Below, piece by piece: positions 57,880 to 64,000 of a stretch of DNA of 64,000 bases. The position numbers were made by a program, and so were the translations under genes. The notes below the pieces were generated by a model. The model was given only the letters and a program-made list of their open reading frames with translations. It did no database searches and was not told the origin of the DNA. Source of the DNA: an uncultured delta proteobacterium (GTDB taxonomy: Bacteria > Desulfobacterota > Desulfobacteria > Desulfobacterales > JAHEIW01). Numbering within the stretch: the stretch's first letter is position 1; each line of letters begins with the position of its first letter. The stretch covers positions 256,001-320,000 of the forward strand of contig CAVPNL010000001.1 of NCBI GenBank assembly GCA_963706575.1, in the 5' to 3' direction.

Positions 57880-58596
57880 GTGCTGCGGATATCAAATCTT
57901 GCGGCCGGATATGGAAAAATCAAGGTTTTAAAAGGCGTGTCTCTTGAGATCGAAGAAGGAGAAATCATTACACTGATCGGGGCAAACGGGGCCGGCAAGA
58001 CAACGCTTTTGAAAACGATTTGCGGATTGATTCAGGCCAGTTCCGGTTCCATTGAATATGAGGGCGAAGCCGTGCATCGCAAATCGCCTTCGGCGCGGGT
58101 GAAAAAGGGGTTGGTGCTTGTGCCGGAAGGGCGCAATATCCTGCGAAGGATGACGGTCTACGAAAACCTGTTGATGGGCGCTTATTGCCGGGCGGATCGA
58201 ACCGAAATTAAGAACGATATCGAAGCGGTTTTTGAGCGGTTCCCGGTACTGGCAAAACGGATGAATTTGTCGGCCGATGTGCTATCAGGCGGCGAACAGC
58301 AAATGCTGGCCATCGGGCGCGCCATGTTAGCACGGCCGAAAATTCTCATGATGGACGAACCTTCTCTGGGGCTGTCTCCCATTCTGATCAAGGAAATTTT
58401 TTCGATTATTGCCGATTTGCACAGCTCCGGCATGACCATTTTGCTGGTGGAGCAAAATGCGCTCAAGGCTCTGCAGGTGGCAAACCGTGGCTATGTTATG
58501 GAAACCGGCGAGATCGTTATGGCGGATACGTGTGAAGGCCTCTTATGTGATGAGAAGCTTTGTGATGCCTATCTTGGCGGCAAGGTTGATCCCTAA
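57880..58596 (+). CDS. livF: Liv-type ABC ATP-binding protein
   Basis: GANGAGKTT, LSGGEQQM, DEPSLGLSP. Confidence 0.94.
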   Translation: MLRISNLAAGYGKIKVLKGVSLEIEEGEIITLIGANGAGKTTLLKTICGLIQASSGSIEYEGEAVHRKSPSARVKKGLVLVPEGRNILRRMTVYENLLMGAYCRADRTEIKNDIEAVFERFPVLAKRMNLSADVLSGGEQQMLAIGRAMLARPKILMMDEPSLGLSPILIKEIFSIIADLHSSGMTILLVEQNALKALQVANRGYVMETGEIVMADTCEGLLCDEKLCDAYLGGKVDP

Positions 58597-58731
58597 GGAC
58601 CTGATAGGCTGCCAAAAACGGATCTTAAGTTTTGATGTCTCCTTCCAACAATTGAAATAAAATTTGGCGGTGTGGTTCGGATGTTTGAAAGTCAGCCGGT
58701 CGGCAGCGAGCTGCAGCAAAAAGGTGGTTAA

Positions 58732-59055
58732 ATGAGCTATGCATATTTGGTCATATATGAGGTGCAGCCTGAAGATCCTGAAGCTTTTCTGCGATACTAT
58801 TTTGAAACTCACATTCCGATTGTCTGGACATTTCCGAAGATTCGGCGAATTCAAATAGAGCGCGGAGTGGATGGCGGTGACTTTTTTATGATCGCGCGTT
58901 TTACCTTTGATACTCTGGAAGATCTACGGATGGCCATTACATCCAAGGAACGAGAACGTGCGCGGGCTGATATGCAAAATTTTCCTGCTTACCATGGACG
59001 GGTAAGCCGTCAGGCAGTTGAGATAGTGGAAGTAGGACCTGATGGGATCCAGTAA
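58732..59055 (+). CDS. EthD-family small alpha/beta-barrel protein
   Basis: PEDPEAF.RYY.ETHIP...FDTLE.L..A..S.E....ADMQNF. Confidence 0.8.
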   Translation: MSYAYLVIYEVQPEDPEAFLRYYFETHIPIVWTFPKIRRIQIERGVDGGDFFMIARFTFDTLEDLRMAITSKERERARADMQNFPAYHGRVSRQAVEIVEVGPDGIQ

Positions 59056-60136
59056 ATCCGATCATAAGGTAAAATTGTTTTCACCATTAAAGTTGCGTGA
59101 GGTCATCATACCCAATAGGATCATGATTTCACCGATGTGCCAGTATTGTGCCAAAGACGGGATTCCGCATGAATGGCACTTCGTGCACCTTGCCACCAGA
59201 GCGGTTGGCGGTGCTGGGATTGTGATGACCGAAGCGGTTGCGGTTGAGCCGGCAGGCCGCATCACGCCTTTTGATGTCGGATTGTGGAATCAAGAACAGC
59301 AGGAAGAATTTTCGCGACTGGCTGCCTTTATCGATAGGCAGGGAGCCATACCCGGGCTGCAACTTGCCCATGCCGGACGGAAAGCATCCCACGCCCGTCC
59401 CTGGGAGGATCGTCGCCCGCTTACGCCAGCCGAGGGGGGGTGGGAGGTTTACGGGCCCAGCCCAATGGCCTGGGATAGCGGTGATCCCATTCCGCTGGAG
59501 TTGACAACCGATGATATAGCTCATCTAACAAAGACATTTCAGCATGCTGCCCTACGCGCTTTTAAAGCCGGATTTCGTCTGCTGGAATTGCACGCGGCCC
59601 ACGGATACCTGCTGCATTCTTTTCTTTCGCCCCTGACAAACCATCGCCGGGACGCGTATGGTGGAAATTTTGAAGGCCGAATACAATTTGTTGTCGAGGT
59701 GGCCAGAGCAATTAGGGAGGTCTGGCCCGCAGGACTGCCGTTTTTCGTTCGAATATCAGCCACCGATTGGGTAAACGATGGCTGGGATTTGGATGATTCC
59801 GTACGATTGGCCAAATTGCTTATTTCTGAAGGCGTAGATGCGATCGATTGTTCAAGCGGAGGAATTTTGCCGGGGATCGATATAAAACCGCATGCCGGCT
59901 ATCAGGTGCCGTTGGCAGAAGAAATTCGGCTTCGGACAGGCGTTCGAACCGTGGCAGTTGGCATGATCAGTGAGCCGAGACAGGCTGAGGACATTATCGC
60001 TAACGATCGGGCGGATTTGATCGCTATCGGTCGACTTGCCTTATGGGATCCTTACTGGCCGCATCATGCCGCAAAAAAATTAAACGCCAAGGTCCAACTG
60101 CCGCGACAGTACGAACGGGCCAATATCTTTAATTAA
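59042..60136 (+). CDS. NADH:flavin oxidoreductase / old yellow enzyme (YqjM/NamA-like)
   Basis: NRIMISPMCQY, QLAHAGRKAS, HAAHGYL, RISATDW, DPYWP. Confidence 0.94.
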   Translation: MGSSKSDHKVKLFSPLKLREVIIPNRIMISPMCQYCAKDGIPHEWHFVHLATRAVGGAGIVMTEAVAVEPAGRITPFDVGLWNQEQQEEFSRLAAFIDRQGAIPGLQLAHAGRKASHARPWEDRRPLTPAEGGWEVYGPSPMAWDSGDPIPLELTTDDIAHLTKTFQHAALRAFKAGFRLLELHAAHGYLLHSFLSPLTNHRRDAYGGNFEGRIQFVVEVARAIREVWPAGLPFFVRISATDWVNDGWDLDDSVRLAKLLISEGVDAIDCSSGGILPGIDIKPHAGYQVPLAEEIRLRTGVRTVAVGMISEPRQAEDIIANDRADLIAIGRLALWDPYWPHHAAKKLNAKVQLPRQYERANIFN

Positions 60137-60200
60137 ACGGGTTTGTGATCATTACAAGTAATGGGTACCACCTATTTGAACAATACTTGGGAGAAGATGA

Positions 60201-61481
60201 ATGTCAATAGCTGTTAGTATACACGGCAAGACGGGCAGACGCTTCGGAATAGCGGAATTGTCGGAAGCGGCCTACGTCAAGGATATTGTACATCCGCTTG
60301 AGCGCTATGATGAAAGGATGACGCCGCTTTCCAGAGGTTACGTACCGCCCGGCGGGTGGCAACAGGAGTTTCTCGACACACTGGTGCCTGCCATCGGCCA
60401 GCAGGGGGCAGTTCCCCGTGACGAGCCGGGATACACCCAGATAGATCTTGCATTGCGAATTGCCGGGTTTCATACTGCCATGGCGACCAACTGCCACACG
60501 GGCAATTGGACGCGGCCGCGGCTCTCTGATGAGCTGGGCTGTTTTTATGATTGGGAAGGAATCTGGAGCCCCGCAATGATCGGGCTGCCTTGGGAACCTC
60601 CGAAATTAGCGGTGGCATCGCCGGCAGAAATGTCTGAAATCGTTAAAGACGCAGCTTTGTTCCTGGGCGCCAGTCTGGTAGGGATCACCGAGCTGAATCG
60701 AAACTGGATTTATAAAAAGGGATGGGAGCGTTACGGTCATAAAGAAATCGATCTGAATGCCAAAATACCGTCCAGCATAAAATATGCAGTCGTCATGGCC
60801 ATTGAAACAAATTATGATTATGTGCGGCATGCGCCGACAGCCAGGGCCAGTGCGGCGGCCGGTTTAGGCTATTCGAAGATGGCAATTCTCAGTCCGGCGT
60901 TAGCCAAGTTTATTGCTTCACTGGGCTATACTGCCATTGCATGCGGCAACGATACGGCCTTGAGTATCCCGCTGGCTGTAGATGCTGGTCTGGGGCAGCT
61001 GGCCCGGTTGGGAACGTTGATTACGCCGGAATTCGGGCCCCGGGTAAGGTTGTGCAAAGTGCTCACCGATCTTCCTTTGAAACCAACAGCTCCGGTTGAT
61101 TTTGGTGTGACCGAATTTTGTCAGATATGCGAAAAATGCGCCGAGTACTGTCCCTCTCAGGCGATCTTATACGGCAAAAGAATTTCCACGGCACGCACCG
61201 TCTCTACCAACCCCGGACTTTTGAAGTGGCCGCTTAACGGCGAAAAATGTTTTCGGTACTGGTATAAAAATGGTGCTAAAACCGAGAAGGGAATGTACCA
61301 TATCGATTGTTATCAATGCATTAATGTATGTCCGTTTAACAAACAGCCGGGAATCGGCCATGATACGGTTCGCTGGTTTATAAGAAAAAAGATTCCATGG
61401 GTAAGCCGGTTGCTGAAGTGGGGCGATGATCTTTTTTATAAAGTACTGTACAAAACCGGCAAGTATGCGTCTAACACCTGA
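60201..61481 (+). CDS. rdhA: Reductive dehalogenase homologue, soluble (no Tat signal, no adjacent rdhB)
   Basis: FLGASLVGIT, YSKM, SIPLAVDAGLGQLARLG.LITPEFGPRVRL, FCQICEKCAEYCP, KWP..GEKC..YW, CYQCINVCPFNK. Confidence 0.9.
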   Translation: MSIAVSIHGKTGRRFGIAELSEAAYVKDIVHPLERYDERMTPLSRGYVPPGGWQQEFLDTLVPAIGQQGAVPRDEPGYTQIDLALRIAGFHTAMATNCHTGNWTRPRLSDELGCFYDWEGIWSPAMIGLPWEPPKLAVASPAEMSEIVKDAALFLGASLVGITELNRNWIYKKGWERYGHKEIDLNAKIPSSIKYAVVMAIETNYDYVRHAPTARASAAAGLGYSKMAILSPALAKFIASLGYTAIACGNDTALSIPLAVDAGLGQLARLGTLITPEFGPRVRLCKVLTDLPLKPTAPVDFGVTEFCQICEKCAEYCPSQAILYGKRISTARTVSTNPGLLKWPLNGEKCFRYWYKNGAKTEKGMYHIDCYQCINVCPFNKQPGIGHDTVRWFIRKKIPWVSRLLKWGDDLFYKVLYKTGKYASNT

Positions 61482-61498
61482 AGCAAGGGGAGGATATC

Positions 61499-62905
61499 AT
61501 GGGCAAAACCAGCAATCGAAAGATGGATCTGCACGGTTTTCTTGAAGAACATCAAGGTCAGTATATTCAAATAAATAAACCGGTAAAACTTGAGCATATC
61601 GGGGCGCTGGTGGCTCAGGCAGATGATACCATTGTCTTTGATAACATAGTAGATTACCCGGGATTTCGCATTGTGGATCAGCTTTTTGTCAATCGCAAGG
61701 CCCAGGCCGCGGTGCTTGGCTGTCAACCGGATGGGGTTGTCAATCGGTTGGTTGAGGTGATGCGCACGGGGCCCAGGACACTCAGAGAAGTAGAAAGTGG
61801 ATCCTGCCAGGATCGTGTTTTTAAAGGTGATGAACTTGATCTGAATGCCTTGCCGGTTCCGGTACACACGCCATTGGATCCCTATCCCTATACAGCCGGA
61901 TTTGCGGTGCACCGACACCTGGATACCGGTAAATTAAACCAGATGTTCCCGCGCTGTGGCGTGCTGAGTCGCAATGAAATGGTGGCGTCATTTGTCACGC
62001 CCACGGCTAATCAAATCCTGGCCAAGTATCGCGAGCAGGAAAAACCCATGCCCCAGGCGCTGGTCATCGGGGCGCACCCGGCCTGGGAACTGGCCTGCTG
62101 TTATTCATATCCCCATGAAGATTTTTGTGAATTGGAGCTGTTTGAAGCCATTAGCGGACAGGTCGGCGAAGTCACCCGCTGTAAAACAGTGGATCTTGTG
62201 GTGCCGGCCGATGCCTCGATTATTATTGAGGGGCTTGTCAGCCCAACCCGCATGGCGCAGGACGGGCCAAATCCCGGACCCAATGCGCTTTTTTGTCCCT
62301 ATGATCAACAACAGCCGGTTTTTGAAGTTACGGCCATAACCATGCGAAAAGATCCGATTTTTCGACACGTGCAGACGACACCTTTTACCGATCACCAGGA
62401 GATGCCGCGGCTCTTCCATGAGGCCATTATTTTCGAGCGCATTAAATCCATGGGATTAAACGTTCATGATGTTCATTTTCCCCAGGGAGGTGCGGCTCAG
62501 GTGGTGATCATTCAAGTCGAGCCAGCCGTGGACGGGCAGGTGACCGATGCACTGATGGCTGCCTTAGGAGCGCCCTGGGCCAACATGAAAATGGCAATCG
62601 CAGTTGATCCGGACATCAATATTTATGACTATCGAGACATTATGTATGCGCTTTCCACACGCGTTGATCCGAGCAAACACACAACGATCATAAACAACGG
62701 TCGGATCTGGCCTTTTGACCCCAGTGCCACACCCGTTGATGGCGCATTTCCGCATACCCAAAAAACGCGGTTGCCTTCCGTGGTCGGAAAGTGGGCCATA
62801 GACGCCACCAAACCGGTTCCGTATCGTGAGGAGGAACGGAAAAATTATGAACGCGCGTGGCCGATCGGCTGGGAAGAGATCAATTTAGAGGATTATTTGG
62901 ATTAA
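61499..62905 (+). CDS. UbiD-family (prFMN-dependent) (de)carboxylase, divergent
   Basis: LDLNALPVP.H...D..PY, CKTVDLVVPADA.IIIEG, VTAITMRKDPIF, VDPDINIYD, KWAIDATKP. Confidence 0.92.
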   Translation: MGKTSNRKMDLHGFLEEHQGQYIQINKPVKLEHIGALVAQADDTIVFDNIVDYPGFRIVDQLFVNRKAQAAVLGCQPDGVVNRLVEVMRTGPRTLREVESGSCQDRVFKGDELDLNALPVPVHTPLDPYPYTAGFAVHRHLDTGKLNQMFPRCGVLSRNEMVASFVTPTANQILAKYREQEKPMPQALVIGAHPAWELACCYSYPHEDFCELELFEAISGQVGEVTRCKTVDLVVPADASIIIEGLVSPTRMAQDGPNPGPNALFCPYDQQQPVFEVTAITMRKDPIFRHVQTTPFTDHQEMPRLFHEAIIFERIKSMGLNVHDVHFPQGGAAQVVIIQVEPAVDGQVTDALMAALGAPWANMKMAIAVDPDINIYDYRDIMYALSTRVDPSKHTTIINNGRIWPFDPSATPVDGAFPHTQKTRLPSVVGKWAIDATKPVPYREEERKNYERAWPIGWEEINLEDYLD

Positions 62906-64000
62906 CCGAATTGTTCTCTTAAAATGCGGTGCAGTATTTTTCCGGTGCCGGTGCGGGGCATATCATCTTCGCCGATAAATATGACCTCTTTGGGACATTT
63001 GTAACCCGCCATTTTGCCTTTGCAGGCCTGAATGACATTTTGCTCGTTCAAATTGCTGTTATCAAAATCCGGTTTACGGATGATCACTGCGGCAACTCTT
63101 TCGCCCCATTTATCATCGGGCAGCCCCACCACCGCACAATCAAATACGCCCTCAATGCTGCCGACAACTTCTTCCACTTCACTGGGATAGACATTTTCTC
63201 CACCGGTGATGATCATGTTTTTTTTGCGATCCACCAGATAATAGAAACCGTCTTCGTCCTGTCGGGCCATGTCACCGGCTGAAAAAAAACCCTCTTTAAA
63301 CGATTCGGCAGTTTGTTCGGGCAATTTGTAGTACTCGTCGAACAGCATGGGACCCCGTGAGTATAATTCGCCGATTTCGCCAACGGGCACTTCATTTCCG
63401 TCGATATCAAGTATTTTTAAAAAATCAGTACCGATGCATTCAAATCCGATGGAGCCCAGTTTGCTCATTTGATATTCAGGCTTCAGGATGGTGACCATGC
63501 CGCCTTCGGTGGAACCGTAAGCTTCATAAAGCTTTACTCCCGGGAAAAATTCCATAACCGCCTGTTTCATGCTTTTTCTACCGGGAGCCGAAGAGCACAG
63601 CAGTTTGCGAATAGAGCTGACATCGCGATTTTTGGCTTTTTCGGGCGCATTCAAGATTAAATTATAGTGGGTGGGTATCAGAGAAACAAAACTGATTTTA
63701 TGGCGTTCGATGATTTCAAGGATTACTTCGGGCTTAAAGTTCAAGGCCGGGTGGATGTAAGCTGACCCGCCGATATACAGGAACGTGAAGGTAAAAAAGA
63801 TGGAGTTGATATGGCATAGAGGCATGACATTTAAGCACACATCATGCTCGTTGAAGTCAAAGTCCACGGCGTTGTGCAGATAATAGGCAATGTGGGATTC
63901 ATGCGAACGGATGACGCCTTTGGGCTTTCCGGTGGTTCCCGAGGTGTAGATCAGTATCCAGGTGTCGCGGGGAACAACTTCGCTTTGCGGTTCGCTGTCC
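62902..64000 (-). CDS. AMP-forming long-chain acyl-CoA ligase, 5' end outside the window
   Basis: Frame open to the window edge (IYTSGTTGKPKG at ~63915-63952); YGSTE, SAGD, DRKKNMIITGGENVY, PRTGTGK. The stop shares TTAA with the convergent ubiD stop. Confidence 0.92.
   Translation of the reverse strand, partial: DSEPQSEVVPRDTWILIYTSGTTGKPKGVIRSHESHIAYYLHNAVDFDFNEHDVCLNVMPLCHINSIFFTFTFLYIGGSAYIHPALNFKPEVILEIIERHKISFVSLIPTHYNLILNAPEKAKNRDVSSIRKLLCSSAPGRKSMKQAVMEFFPGVKLYEAYGSTEGGMVTILKPEYQMSKLGSIGFECIGTDFLKILDIDGNEVPVGEIGELYSRGPMLFDEYYKLPEQTAESFKEGFFSAGDMARQDEDGFYYLVDRKKNMIITGGENVYPSEVEEVVGSIEGVFDCAVVGLPDDKWGERVAAVIIRKPDFDNSNLNEQNVIQACKGKMAGYKCPKEVIFIGEDDMPRTGTGKILHRILREQFG

Noticed and set aside
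53925..61481. Classical organohalide-respiration rdhAB cassette
   Set aside because: No twin-arginine signal, no rdhB/C/T/K genes, and a catabolic transporter context.

Overview
A gene-dense (~50 CDS) anaerobic catabolic region. Gene content and intergenic repeat style suggest a sulfate-reducing Desulfobacterota (Desulfobacterales-like) genome; this is inferred, not shown. No rRNA, tRNA, CRISPR or transposase was seen. Contents in order: (i) a beta-oxidation-type cluster (1-3982); (ii) a first 4-hydroxybenzoyl-CoA-reductase-like (HcrBCA-like) molybdoenzyme with a PaaK-family CoA ligase and a Liv-type ABC transporter (4313-14629); (iii) an IclR regulator, CoA ligase and non-pyrrolysine MttB-family methyltransferase, divergent from a second HcrBCA-like enzyme, followed by CoxE/CoxD-like chaperones (17945-28471); (iv) icmF with a TetR regulator; (v) two back-to-back operons, each headed by a GntR regulator. 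The leftward one encodes a CoA ligase, DUF2848, a 2-furoyl-CoA-dehydrogenase-like (HmfABC-like) Mo enzyme, an ABC transporter, an ADP-forming acyl-CoA synthetase and an amidohydrolase. The rightward one encodes a C-N hydrolase, a cupin, an ABC transporter with a membrane-anchored 'hybrid' reductive dehalogenase inserted into it, EthD, an old yellow enzyme, a second Tat-less reductive dehalogenase, and a UbiD-family protein with a non-canonical active-site loop. The strongest candidate for an undescribed system is this divergent pair: a possible uptake, amide hydrolysis, double dehalogenation, (de)carboxylation or CoA-dependent hydroxylation route for halogenated (hetero)aromatic acids. The second candidate is the MttB / CoA ligase / Hcr-like module. 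The window also holds a 146-bp MITE family, nested palindromic repeats, a shared IclR-type operator, two decayed CoA-ligase genes and three single-base frameshifts. Family assignments come from motif recognition by eye; all substrates are hypotheses.
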